Below the pieces are notes generated by a model that ran no database searches, had not been told where the DNA came from, and saw nothing but the letters and a program-made list of their open reading frames with translations. 64,000 bases of DNA from Acidimicrobiaceae bacterium (lineage in GTDB: Bacteria > Actinomycetota > Acidimicrobiia > Acidimicrobiales > RAAP-2), in contig PMTL01000209.1 in the NCBI GenBank assembly GCA_003168075.1, positions 7,970-71,969 on the forward strand, given 5' to 3'. Every line of letters starts with the position of its first letter. The first letter of the stretch is position 1. Below are positions 10,288 to 19,719 of the stretch, piece by piece. The translations under genes and the position numbers were made by a program.

Positions 10288-10431
10288 CAACCACCACCGT
10301 ACTTTCTGATGTGGGTAGAGTGCCGCAGCGATTGAGGAGCCCCTCTCAGATCCACTCGGATATTTCACCTTCACCGACCCGTGCGCCGTACTATCTCTAG
10401 GGCCCCGAACATCCGGGGACGAAGGGAAGTC

Positions 10432-10923
10432 ATGGTTCCAGCGGCCTACCTCGCCTACATGATCGCCTCCACCAGCGCTGCGGGGGCGTTGATCGGTCTG
10501 CTCTTCGTGTCCATCGCCCTGCGTCCCGACGACATCTTCGGTCCCGACGCTCCGGTGCGGGCCCGCGCTCTGGCCCAAAGCAGCTTCACCGGCCTGGCCA
10601 ACGCCTTCTCGGTGTCGCTCTTGGCGATCGTCCCGCACGACAACGTCGGCTATTCAGCCGCCGTCGTCGCGGTGATCTGCCTGATCAACACGGTGCGACT
10701 GCACAAGCGCCTGCGCCACGTCGAGTACCTCATCCTGCTCATCAGTTCGGTCGCCTACCTTGTGCAATTCGGCGCCGGGATCGACCTCATCGCGCGACCC
10801 CACGACACGTCGATGCTCGCCAACGTCTGCTACCTGATCTTCACGTCCTTCGCCATTGCCCTCACGAGGGTCTGGGTTCTCATCCAAGGAAACGTCAGCG
10901 ACACTCACGACCGACGCAGTTAG
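10432..10923 (+). CDS. Integral membrane protein of unknown function
   Basis: About 5 hydrophobic segments; AAGALIGLLFVSIAL; GGGAAG RBS. Confidence 0.7.
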   Translation: MVPAAYLAYMIASTSAAGALIGLLFVSIALRPDDIFGPDAPVRARALAQSSFTGLANAFSVSLLAIVPHDNVGYSAAVVAVICLINTVRLHKRLRHVEYLILLISSVAYLVQFGAGIDLIARPHDTSMLANVCYLIFTSFAIALTRVWVLIQGNVSDTHDRRS

Positions 10924-11521
10924 GTGCCGTGTGCATCCTCATCTGACGATGGCGCCACCCCGAGAGGGCGGCGATCGTGAGGCTCACTCCTCCCGCTACC
11001 GCGGTGACCACCAGCACGGCCCAGAGACGTGCGCCGACGTAGTAGATAACCCACAGGGTGCTCACCGCCGCCGCGACCGACCACGACCCCGTCGACACAC
11101 CCGACGCCCCCTTGACACGAATGAGTGCGATCAGTTGGGGCGCGCGAGTGATGGTCCCGGCCCCACCGGCTCCCAGCACCGCCCCCGTCCAACCCCAGTA
11201 CAACGCGGGCGCCGCACAACACACGACGAGGAACACGAAGGACCGCACGACGGTTGACCGCCGGTCCCACGGCCGCAGCTGCACCAAGATGAATGCCTGC
11301 AGAGGCAGGGCGAGGACACTTCCCATCACCAGTGGCCGTGAACGCACGATAACTCCGTAGACGATCCAGAAGAATGCCAAGTACACGAAGAGCGTCCACG
11401 TCGCCAGTGACACGCCCTCGACGCCGCGACGGCGCAGTCGAGAGAACTGGGCGTAGGCCGTGACCGTGCCCAGGGCCACCGCGAGCCATCCCACCACGGT
11501 CGAGAACGTGGCGAACGTCAC
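10895..11521 (-). CDS. PQ-loop/SWEET-like membrane transporter with two repeats
   Basis: Repeats AYAQ...EGVSLATW and RAPQ...SGVSTGSW, about 7 TM segments. Confidence 0.7.
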   Translation of the reverse strand: MTFATFSTVVGWLAVALGTVTAYAQFSRLRRRGVEGVSLATWTLFVYLAFFWIVYGVIVRSRPLVMGSVLALPLQAFILVQLRPWDRRSTVVRSFVFLVVCCAAPALYWGWTGAVLGAGGAGTITRAPQLIALIRVKGASGVSTGSWSVAAAVSTLWVIYYVGARLWAVLVVTAVAGGVSLTIAALSGWRHRQMRMHTAPNCVGRECR

Positions 11522-11575
11522 GACGCCGTCGTCACCGTGGACCTCGAGACGTAGAGGTCCGTGCCACGAGGGCGA

Positions 11576-12544
11576 CTACTGCGCGTCATCGAGCGCGACG
11601 AGGCACGACACCATGTGTCCATTGGCCTTCTCGGTCAAAGTGGGCGCGGTGTCGCGGCAACGCGGCTCGACCAGTGCACAACGCGGTGCGTAGGGACAGC
11701 CGCGAGTCACCTTGTCGACCTGCACATGAACCGCGACGGCGCCCGCGGCCTGACGCGAGCGCTCGTGCTCGGGGTTGGGTACCGGTATGGCGTCTTCGAG
11801 GGCCGAGGTGTAGGGGTGCAAAGGCGTCACGAAGACCTGGTCGTATCGACCCATCTCCACCACCCGGCCGAGGTACATCACCGCGATGTCGTCACTGATG
11901 TGGCGCACCATCGACAAGTCGTGGCTGATGAAGAGGTAAGAAAGTTTCAGTTCGTCCTGGATGCGCACCAGCAGGTTGATAATCTCGGCGCGCACCGAGA
12001 CGTCGAGCGCCGACGTCGGCTCGTCGAGAACCAGGATCTCGGGCTCGACCGCGAGAGCCCGCGCGATCGCCACGCGCTGCGCCTGTCCACCGGACAGTTC
12101 GTGGGGATAGCGCTCCGCGAATCTTCGCGTCAGGCCCACCATCGAGAGCAGCTCCGACGCGCGTAGCGATGTCATGTCGGTGTGCAGTGAGTGCACCGTG
12201 AGCACTTCCTTGAGGGCCTTCCCGACGGTCATGCGAGGATCGAGCGACGAGAAGGGATCCTGAAAAACCAACTGAATCTTGCGCGCCAGCTCACGAGACG
12301 CGCTGCGCTCGGAGATGACGACGGGCTGGTCGTCGATGCGGATAGTGCCCGAGGTCGGCGCCTCGAGTCCGACGAGCAGTCGGGCCAACGTCGATTTTCC
12401 GCAGCCGCTCTCACCAACGATCCCGAAGGTCGTGCCCCGTTCGAGGTCGAGTGACACGTCGCTCAGCGCGTCGACTGGGGCGTGACCGCGCCGTCCGCGA
12501 TACACCTTGGTCAGGTTCGCTGCTCGCAGGACCAGATCTACCAC
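11576..12544 (-). CDS. Oligopeptide ABC transporter ATP-binding protein (OppF/DppF-like)
   Basis: GESGCGKS, FQDPFSSL, LSGGQ, HPYT, C-terminal Cys motif. Confidence 0.92.
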   Translation of the reverse strand: MVDLVLRAANLTKVYRGRRGHAPVDALSDVSLDLERGTTFGIVGESGCGKSTLARLLVGLEAPTSGTIRIDDQPVVISERSASRELARKIQLVFQDPFSSLDPRMTVGKALKEVLTVHSLHTDMTSLRASELLSMVGLTRRFAERYPHELSGGQAQRVAIARALAVEPEILVLDEPTSALDVSVRAEIINLLVRIQDELKLSYLFISHDLSMVRHISDDIAVMYLGRVVEMGRYDQVFVTPLHPYTSALEDAIPVPNPEHERSRQAAGAVAVHVQVDKVTRGCPYAPRCALVEPRCRDTAPTLTEKANGHMVSCLVALDDAQ

Positions 12545-13515
12545 TGCGACGGATCCTTCCAGCACGCCGCGAAGCTGCCCTCGCCTCGGTCGATCAGTTC
12601 GGGCTCGGCCTGGGCGCATTTCTCCTCGGCGTACGGGCAACGCACACGAAAAGGACATCCGGGGCCCAGTCGCGTGGGGTCCGGCGGAGTTCCTCCGATT
12701 TGGTGCAGCGCCGATCGATGCGACGAGCCCGTGCCGGGAAGCGACTGCAACAACGCCTTGGTGTAGGGATGCGTGGGGCGTGCGAAGAGTTGTGTCGTCG
12801 TCGCCTTTTCGACGACCCGCCCGGCGTACATCACGACCACGTTGTCGACGAGGCTGGCTACGACACCGAGGTCGTGGGTGACCCAGAGCACCGCCATCCC
12901 CGTCTCGGCCTGCAGGGACGTGACGAGTTCCAAGATCTGGCGCTGGATCGTCACGTCGAGCGCCGTGGTGGGCTCGTCGGCGATCAGTACGCGCGGCGAG
13001 GTCGCCAACGCCATGGCGATCATCACGCGCTGGATCATCCCGCCCGAGAGTTGGTGCGGAAACGACGTGCGCACGCGCTCGGGATCAGCGAGGCCTACTT
13101 GGCCGAGTACCTCGCGGGTGCGGTCGCTGGCCACGAGGGGCGAGGAGCCGTGCGCCTTCAATGTCTCTTCGATCTGCTTTCCGACGTGCATCAACGGATT
13201 GAGCGAACTCATGGGGTCTTGATAGACCATGGCGATCTCGCCCCCGCGCACCGCGCGCAGTCTCTTGGCGTCGACGCGGGCCAGGTCCTCGCCATCGAGC
13301 AGGATCTCGCCCTTCACGACCCCGAGCGGTGGCGATGCGAGTAAACGCAACACCGAGAGCATGGTCAGCGTCTTGCCCGAACCGCTCTCTCCCACGATGC
13401 CCAATTTCTCGCCCGGCGCGACCGAAATGCTCACGCCGCGCACGATCTCGTCGCTGCCGTGACGTCGGATGATCCCGATGTGCACGTCACGAATGTCGAG
13501 GAGTGCTGCAGTCAC
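12538..13515 (-). CDS. Oligopeptide ABC transporter ATP-binding protein (OppD/DppD-like)
   Basis: GESGSGKT, QDPMSSLNP, LSGGM, DEPTTALDV; GTGA overlap with anmK stop. Confidence 0.92.
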   Translation of the reverse strand: MTAALLDIRDVHIGIIRRHGSDEIVRGVSISVAPGEKLGIVGESGSGKTLTMLSVLRLLASPPLGVVKGEILLDGEDLARVDAKRLRAVRGGEIAMVYQDPMSSLNPLMHVGKQIEETLKAHGSSPLVASDRTREVLGQVGLADPERVRTSFPHQLSGGMIQRVMIAMALATSPRVLIADEPTTALDVTIQRQILELVTSLQAETGMAVLWVTHDLGVVASLVDNVVVMYAGRVVEKATTTQLFARPTHPYTKALLQSLPGTGSSHRSALHQIGGTPPDPTRLGPGCPFRVRCPYAEEKCAQAEPELIDRGEGSFAACWKDPSQW

Positions 13516-14696
13516 GACGCGTCTCGCGTGAGCGCGTCGAATACGAGGTGCGTCGGCGACTGATTGGAATTGAGTGACGTCACCATCTGGCGACCCGGGA
13601 TAATGGCGCCGAGGACCGCGGCGTGGCGCGCGCCAGTGCACGACGCGATGGACCCCTCGAGTCCCAGCACACTGAGAAAACCAATCAGCGCGAACAGCGT
13701 CGCCTCCTTCGCCGCTTCGGGCACACCGAAGTCGTCGATCAGCGAGATCGCGACGCCCGGAAGGCACCGTCGCAACGCTTCCATGAGCGTGGGGTTGCGA
13801 GTGCCGCCGCCCGACGCAAAGAGTTCATCGACACCGTGGTCCTGAACCGCATCAGCCACGGTGCGAGCGGTCAACTCACACAACGTCGCCAGCAAGTCGT
13901 CGCGGGCGAGGGCTCGCTGCGTGAGGTGAGACTTCAGGTAGTCGAGGTGAAAGAGCTCCTTGCCCGTCGACTTGGGCGCCGGCGCCGCGTAGTAGGGATC
14001 GCCAAGGAACCGCGCCAACAGTTCGTCGTCGACCTCGCCACGAGCGGCACTCGCCCCGTCCCCATCGAAGGTCTCGACGCCGTGACTGAGCCAGGTCACG
14101 GCGGCGTCCATCAGGGCGTTGGCCGGACCGATGTCGAAGGCGATCGGTTCACGCTCTGGCCCGACCACGGTGATATTGGAGATGCCCCCCAGGTTGAGCG
14201 CGCCGCGAACGTTCGGCGGACTTTTTCCCAAGAGCAGTACGTCCATCAGGCTCGCCAGGGGCGCCCCGTGCCCTCCGGCCGCCACGTCGCGACTGCGCAC
14301 GTCGGTCACCACCGTGGCGCCGGTCGCTTCGGCGATCCACGTGCCTTGTCCGATTTGCAACGTGCCGAGCGCGTGGCCGTCCTTCACCCAATGAAACACA
14401 GTCTGACCGTGAGAGCAGACGACGTCGACGTCGCCCGCGAAGCAGTCGCGCGAAAGTGACGCCGCCACTTCGGCGAAGCTCTGACCGATCAACGTGTCGA
14501 GTCGACACACCTCGTCGATCGTCGTCACTTGGGGTGGCAACAACTTCGCGACCCGCGAACGCAGATCCTCCGAGTAGGGCACCGACACGTGCCCGAGTAA
14601 TCGGGCGTGCACCGAGCGTTCGGCGAGAGTGAACTCGAGCGCCACCGCTTCGATGGCGTCGTACGAAGTTCCAGAGATCATACCTATGACGTTCAT
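13512..14696 (-). CDS. anmK: Anhydro-N-acetylmuramic acid kinase
   Basis: IGMISGTSYDAI, SHGQT, RDVAAGGHGAPL, NLGGISN, FDIGPAN, PKSTGKELF. Confidence 0.95.
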   Translation of the reverse strand: MNVIGMISGTSYDAIEAVALEFTLAERSVHARLLGHVSVPYSEDLRSRVAKLLPPQVTTIDEVCRLDTLIGQSFAEVAASLSRDCFAGDVDVVCSHGQTVFHWVKDGHALGTLQIGQGTWIAEATGATVVTDVRSRDVAAGGHGAPLASLMDVLLLGKSPPNVRGALNLGGISNITVVGPEREPIAFDIGPANALMDAAVTWLSHGVETFDGDGASAARGEVDDELLARFLGDPYYAAPAPKSTGKELFHLDYLKSHLTQRALARDDLLATLCELTARTVADAVQDHGVDELFASGGGTRNPTLMEALRRCLPGVAISLIDDFGVPEAAKEATLFALIGFLSVLGLEGSIASCTGARHAAVLGAIIPGRQMVTSLNSNQSPTHLVFDALTRDAS

Positions 14697-14700
14697 GCGC

Positions 14701-15597
14701 TTAGCGAGTCCTTGTCCGTGGGTCCGAGGCGTCGCGTAGTCCGTCGCCGAGCAAGTTGAATCCGATGACCGCGATCACGATCGCCAGTGAGGGTCCCACC
14801 AGCGTCCACCACGCGATGCTCGCCAGCGAACTCGAATTGTTCACCATGTCACCCAGCGACTGTGTCGGAGGCGGCGGTCCCAATCCCAAAAAGCTCAGTC
14901 CCGCCTCGGCCACGATGGCCCAGGCCAGTGCCAGGCTGGTCTGCACCGCGACGACACCGGCAACGTTGGGCAAGATGTGTCGCCACAACAGGCGCAGACG
15001 CGAGAATCCGAGCACTCGACCCGCACGAACGAAGTCCGATTCTCGCAGAGCGAGGACCGGACTGCGCACGACGCGCACAAAAATCGGTATCCAGCCCACA
15101 CCAATGGCGATGGAACTGTCCACGATGCCCGGTCCGAGCGCGGTGACGATCGCCAGGGCGAATAGGACGGTGGGGATGGCGAACATCATGTCGGTCATGC
15201 GCATGATCACCGCCGACGTCCACTCGCCGAGGAACCCCGCGATGATACCGCCGATGGTTCCGATCACCCCCGCGATCAACACGGACAGAAAAGCGATCTC
15301 GAGCGAGACTCCCAGTCCCTGCAGTGTTCCCGAGAACACGTCACGGCCGAACTGGTCGGTGCCCATCGGGTGCGACAGCGAGATGCCCTTCAAGACCATG
15401 CTGGGATCCTGCGCGTCGGGTCCGTAGGGGGTGATGCCCCAGATGCCGAGCAGTCCGGCGACCAACACGATACCCACGATGATGACGCCGATGCGGCCGT
15501 TACGACTGCGCCAGAGCGCACCGAACCAGCCGCGGTGTCCCACGACATCCTCCGGGGCGCCCGGCGCCGAAGTTGCGGTCGTAACTGACACGCTCAT
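14701..15597 (-). CDS. Oligopeptide ABC permease (OppC/DppC-like)
   Basis: HPMGTDQFGRD, HILPN, EAGLSFLGLG, NLLGDGLRD. Confidence 0.92.
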   Translation of the reverse strand: MSVSVTTATSAPGAPEDVVGHRGWFGALWRSRNGRIGVIIVGIVLVAGLLGIWGITPYGPDAQDPSMVLKGISLSHPMGTDQFGRDVFSGTLQGLGVSLEIAFLSVLIAGVIGTIGGIIAGFLGEWTSAVIMRMTDMMFAIPTVLFALAIVTALGPGIVDSSIAIGVGWIPIFVRVVRSPVLALRESDFVRAGRVLGFSRLRLLWRHILPNVAGVVAVQTSLALAWAIVAEAGLSFLGLGPPPPTQSLGDMVNNSSSLASIAWWTLVGPSLAIVIAVIGFNLLGDGLRDASDPRTRTR

Positions 15598-16556
15598 CGA
15601 TTCCTCGTTCGTGGGTCGATCAGTGAGTACAAGAGGTCAACGAACATGTTGACGATGACGAATCCCGCCGCGAAGATTAGCGTCACACTTTGGACGAGGG
15701 GATAGTCCTGATTGTGGATTGCCGTGATCAGCAGGTTCCCCATGCCCGGGAGAATGAAGATCTGTTCGATGATGACGGTCCCGCCCAACAGGTAGCCGAG
15801 TTGGATGCCCGACATCGTGACGACGGCGGTGAGTGAATTGAGAAAGAGGTGGCGCCAGATAAACGCTCGTCGCGACACACCCTTGCCCAGGGCGGTGCGC
15901 GCGAAGTTCAGGCCGCTCACTTCAAGCACCGCCCCTCGCGTCGTGCGCAAGATGGCCGCGGCGATGCCCAGGCTCAGTACAAACGCGGGGAAGATGATCT
16001 GCTGGAAGTTGAGCCAGGGATTGGTGAAGAACCCGACGAAACTCGACGACGACGGAAAGTAGTGGAACTTCGATGACATGTAGACCACCAGAACCGTACC
16101 GAGGATGAAACTAGGGATGGCCAGACCCACCACCGACACGGCCTGACCGACGTTGTCCTGCCACTTACCCGGGTGAAGGGCGCTCCACATCCCAAAGCCC
16201 ACACCGATCACAATGCCCAAGACCATGGCGAAGAATGCCAACTCGATCGTCACCGGTAGGTCCAAGCCCACCAGATAGGACACGGTTTTCTGCAACGAAA
16301 GTGATACGCCGAGGTTGCCGGTCAGGATGGCGTGCAACCAGGAGAAGTACTGCTGCACCGCGGGTTGGCCGACCCCGTAGTACCGGTCCAACGCGGCGAC
16401 CTGGGCGTGGGTGAGGAGACCCTCACTCACGCCCATCGACGCCGACACTGCATTTCCGGGGAGAAGCCGCAGGACAACGAAGATGATCACCGACACCCCG
16501 AGCAGGGTGACGATGACGCTGAGGATTCGCCGCCCAATGGCCAGTACGACATTCAT
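15594..16556 (-). CDS. Oligopeptide ABC permease (OppB/DppB-like)
   Basis: GNLGVS, TALGKG, GGTVIIEQIF, LIDPR. Confidence 0.92.
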   Translation of the reverse strand: MNVVLAIGRRILSVIVTLLGVSVIIFVVLRLLPGNAVSASMGVSEGLLTHAQVAALDRYYGVGQPAVQQYFSWLHAILTGNLGVSLSLQKTVSYLVGLDLPVTIELAFFAMVLGIVIGVGFGMWSALHPGKWQDNVGQAVSVVGLAIPSFILGTVLVVYMSSKFHYFPSSSSFVGFFTNPWLNFQQIIFPAFVLSLGIAAAILRTTRGAVLEVSGLNFARTALGKGVSRRAFIWRHLFLNSLTAVVTMSGIQLGYLLGGTVIIEQIFILPGMGNLLITAIHNQDYPLVQSVTLIFAAGFVIVNMFVDLLYSLIDPRTRNR

Positions 16557-16582
16557 TGTGCGGCGAATCCCCTATTCACTAC

Positions 16583-18142
16583 TTATTTCAGCGACGTCGT
16601 CGCCAGGCTTGAGAGCTGCGTGGTGTTGACCGGCGACAGCGTGAATCCGTGGACGTGCGGTGACATCACCGCGAAGTCGAAGGAGTCGAACAGCCAGATC
16701 CACACCGCGTTACCCGTCAAGTCATTGTTCAGCTTCTTCCACGCCGCCGTCTGACCGGCCGTGGTCGAGTTCTCGTCACCGGCCAGCAGTTCCTTCTGGA
16801 GTGACTTCGAGCTGTATCCCGCGGGGACCGCCAGGCCCGCACCGGCGCCGAAGTAGCGCCCGTACATGACGTAGGGGTCAGGGTCGGCGCCGTTCTCGGC
16901 GAAGGCCGCCTGGAACTTGCCCTTCAGCCAGTCCTGGATGTAGGCGTTGGCCGCCAGGTTCTGAATGTTCATCTTGATCCCCACGCGAGCGAGCTCGGAC
17001 TGCATGGCGATCGCCTGAGCAGCGGACGTCGAGTCGAGGTCGGTCGAGGTGATCGCGGTGAACGTGAAGCCACTGGCGTGGCCCGAGGCCTTGAGGTACG
17101 TGCGCGCCTGGGCCAAGTTCTGGGTCGGGCAAATCGCCGACACCGGGTTCGTGGCGTATGGCCCGAGCGGGACCGGACCGACAACCTTGCCGTCACCAAA
17201 GACCGAGTCCTGGAGGATCTGGTTACGGTTCGTGGCGCAAGCGATGGCACGGCGAGCGTTCACGTTGGCGAGGATTCCGACCTTGTCCTGCAACTGCAGG
17301 GCGCGGTACGAGAGGTCCATCACGTGCTGAACGGTGAACGACTGAGGAATCGTACTCACCACGGTCGGCTGCGACAGGAGGGCCAATTGGATCGTTCCCG
17401 CCTGTAGTGCCGCGGAAATTGACTGCTCCGTCGGAATCGTCTTGAGTTCCACCGCGCCCAGTGACACCTTGCCGCCCCAGAAGTTGGGGTTCGCGGTGAG
17501 GGTGAACGACGTGCTGGGAACCGACTTCGAGAATTCAAATGGGCCCGTGCCGTCTGGCTTGGTCGCAATCGTTCCCGCCTGGATGGCGGCCGCAGGCATG
17601 ATGCCCATGTTGACGGTGGCGAGGCCCTCGAGGACTGACACGTCAGGGTGGCCCATCGTCAAGACCACGGCGTTGGCGCCGCTGGCCGCAAAGTGCGTCA
17701 CCGATCCAATGAAGGAAGCGGACGGGTCAGCCGTCTTGGTCGCCTGCGCTCGTTGGAGCGAGGCCACGACGTCAGCCGACGTCATCGTGCTGCCGTCGTC
17801 AAACTTGACGCCCGTGCGCAACTGCAGGGTCAACTTCCTGTTGCCGTTGGAGAAGGCCCAACTCGTCGCGAGGTCTGGAACGATCTTGAGGCTCGAGTTC
17901 TCCTGGACCAACGTGTTGTAGATCAATCCCAGGGCTTCGAAGTCGAGAAAGTTAGTAACCACGTCCGGGTCGATCTTCTGGACGCTGTTCACGGTTCCAA
18001 TTACCAGTGTGGAACCCGATGTCTTGGGACTGGCGGACGCCGAGGCACTCGCCGAGTCCAGAACACTGCTCGAGAACATCCCGATCGTGCTCACCACGAG
18101 GGCCGCCGAAGCGAACCCCCTCACTCCAATATTTCGTTTCAT
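16583..18142 (-). CDS. Family-5 ABC substrate-binding protein (OppA/DppA-like)
   Basis: PDLATSW, LRTGVKFDDG, GTGPF; signal peptide without lipobox. Confidence 0.9.
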   Translation of the reverse strand: MKRNIGVRGFASAALVVSTIGMFSSSVLDSASASASASPKTSGSTLVIGTVNSVQKIDPDVVTNFLDFEALGLIYNTLVQENSSLKIVPDLATSWAFSNGNRKLTLQLRTGVKFDDGSTMTSADVVASLQRAQATKTADPSASFIGSVTHFAASGANAVVLTMGHPDVSVLEGLATVNMGIMPAAAIQAGTIATKPDGTGPFEFSKSVPSTSFTLTANPNFWGGKVSLGAVELKTIPTEQSISAALQAGTIQLALLSQPTVVSTIPQSFTVQHVMDLSYRALQLQDKVGILANVNARRAIACATNRNQILQDSVFGDGKVVGPVPLGPYATNPVSAICPTQNLAQARTYLKASGHASGFTFTAITSTDLDSTSAAQAIAMQSELARVGIKMNIQNLAANAYIQDWLKGKFQAAFAENGADPDPYVMYGRYFGAGAGLAVPAGYSSKSLQKELLAGDENSTTAGQTAAWKKLNNDLTGNAVWIWLFDSFDFAVMSPHVHGFTLSPVNTTQLSSLATTSLK

Positions 18143-18199
18143 TTATCCCCCAGTGAGGTTGTAGAAGTATCCGCCATGCCGCGACACTACAGGTGCCAT

Positions 18200-18212
18200 T
18201 TGGTCCAGTCAA
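18200..18212 (+). promoter_or_regulatory. Candidate GntR/HutC (DasR/NagR-like) operator 1
   Basis: TTGGTCCAGTCAA; 9/12 match to the dre core TGGTCTAGACCA; in the divergent promoter region. Confidence 0.55.
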
Positions 18213-18295
18213 GTCAAATGTTGTTCTAAAATTTCCATTGCGTTAATTTCCAGGACTCAAGAAAACAAAGGATTTTTATTTCTGTGTGAATTTGA

Positions 18296-18308
18296 TTGAC
18301 CAGACCAA
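18296..18308 (-). promoter_or_regulatory. Candidate GntR/HutC operator 2
   Basis: Reads TTGGTCTGGTCAA on the minus strand; 11/13 identical to operator 1. Confidence 0.55.
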
Positions 18309-18369
18309 TTTGAGTTGGTAGATTACAAAAATTCCACCAACACCTGGTGACCACCGCTTTGGAGGGCAA

Positions 18370-19719
18370 GTGCTAGACGAACCAGTACGGGTACTCGGCA
18401 CTACGGTCTCGGCACCCAAATACCAAAGCATCCATGACGCCCTGGTGGTCATCATCGAAGGACTTCCCGCCGGTTCGGCCATGCCGACCGAGCGAGAACT
18501 CTGCCAAACCTACGGCGTCTCGCGCGCCACGGTGCGCCAGGCCCTCGGACAACTCGAGATCGAGCAGCGGATCTACCGTCGCCAGGGCAAGGGCACATTC
18601 GTCGCCAACGCCAAGATCGAGCAGCGCCTGGAGTTGATGAGCCACACCGAGGGCATGCGCGCTAGTGGTATCTCCCCGAGTTCCAAACTCATCGATGTGC
18701 GTCGAGTGGGCGCCGGGTCCGACGTGGGTATGCGTCTCGACCTGTCGGCCAACGCCGAGGTTCTACGAATCGAACGACTACGCCTCGCCGACGGTGACCC
18801 CATCGCCATCGAGGTGGTCTTCTTGAGCGCCGAGCGCTTCGACGGTATTACCGGCGAGCTCTCCGACTCTGCCTCGCTCTACCAATTGCTCTCGTTGAAC
18901 TACGGCGTGGAGCTCGCCTCGGCCGAAGAGACCATTGAAGCCGTCGCCGCCGAAGGTCGAGAAGCCGGTCTGCTGCGCTGCGCGCCCGGTATGCCGCTCT
19001 TGATGCTCTCGCGACGTACCCTCGATACGTCGGGTCAACCCATTGAGTTCGTCCGCTCCCTCTACCGTGGCGACCGCTACCGATTTCAAACGGGACTGCG
19101 ACGCCCCGAGTTGGGCTCGTCCCAGGCGCCTCCGGAGAATCGTCCCGCACGGGTACGTCTCGCCCTACCCAGCGACGCGCCAGCCCTCGCGTCTGTCTTC
19201 ATCGAGGCGTGGAAGGGTTCGTACCGCGGGATCGTCGCCGACTCCGTCATCGATGCCTTGGACTTCGACGACACCACGAAGTGGTTGGGTGAGCTCATTG
19301 CGTCCAAGTCGACCCAGACTCTCGTGGCGGAACTGACCCCGGGCCACGTGGTGGGCTTCACTCGCTTCGGCATGGAACCAGACAATCCCGGCAACGGTCA
19401 CATCTTCGCCCTCTACGTCGCGCCGTCGGCCACCGGTCACGGGATCGGTCGCTTGCTGATCGAAAAGGCCCTCGCGGTTCTCGATCCCCTGTCGATTCGG
19501 CCCATCACGTTGTGGGTGTTCGAAGACAACGCCAGAGCTCGCAAGATCTATTCGCACGCCGGATTCGTCCCCGATGGCGGGCGTCGAGTGGAGGATACGT
19601 TCGGTACCCAGGAAGTGCGCCTCCGTCATCTGCCCGTCCACGGTCAAGTGGTCACGATGCCCTCGTCAAAAACTCCGAACGACGCGCCTGACGTCGCGGT
19701 CACTGCTCCGCCACCATGA
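18370..19719 (+). CDS. GntR (HutC/UTRA, DasR/NagR-like) regulator fused to a C-terminal GNAT acetyltransferase
   Basis: PTERELCQTYGVSRATVRQAL...GKGTFV; UTRA ending YRGDRYRF; GNAT LYVAPSATGHGIGRLL...LWVFEDNARARKIY..AGF. Confidence 0.9.
   Translation: MLDEPVRVLGTTVSAPKYQSIHDALVVIIEGLPAGSAMPTERELCQTYGVSRATVRQALGQLEIEQRIYRRQGKGTFVANAKIEQRLELMSHTEGMRASGISPSSKLIDVRRVGAGSDVGMRLDLSANAEVLRIERLRLADGDPIAIEVVFLSAERFDGITGELSDSASLYQLLSLNYGVELASAEETIEAVAAEGREAGLLRCAPGMPLLMLSRRTLDTSGQPIEFVRSLYRGDRYRFQTGLRRPELGSSQAPPENRPARVRLALPSDAPALASVFIEAWKGSYRGIVADSVIDALDFDDTTKWLGELIASKSTQTLVAELTPGHVVGFTRFGMEPDNPGNGHIFALYVAPSATGHGIGRLLIEKALAVLDPLSIRPITLWVFEDNARARKIYSHAGFVPDGGRRVEDTFGTQEVRLRHLPVHGQVVTMPSSKTPNDAPDVAVTAPPP

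Noticed and set aside
8776-10335. 519-aa antisense ORF (likewise 22697-24295, 52164-53684, 43334-44437)
   Set aside because: Shadow frames of real high-GC genes on the opposite strand; no recognisable motifs
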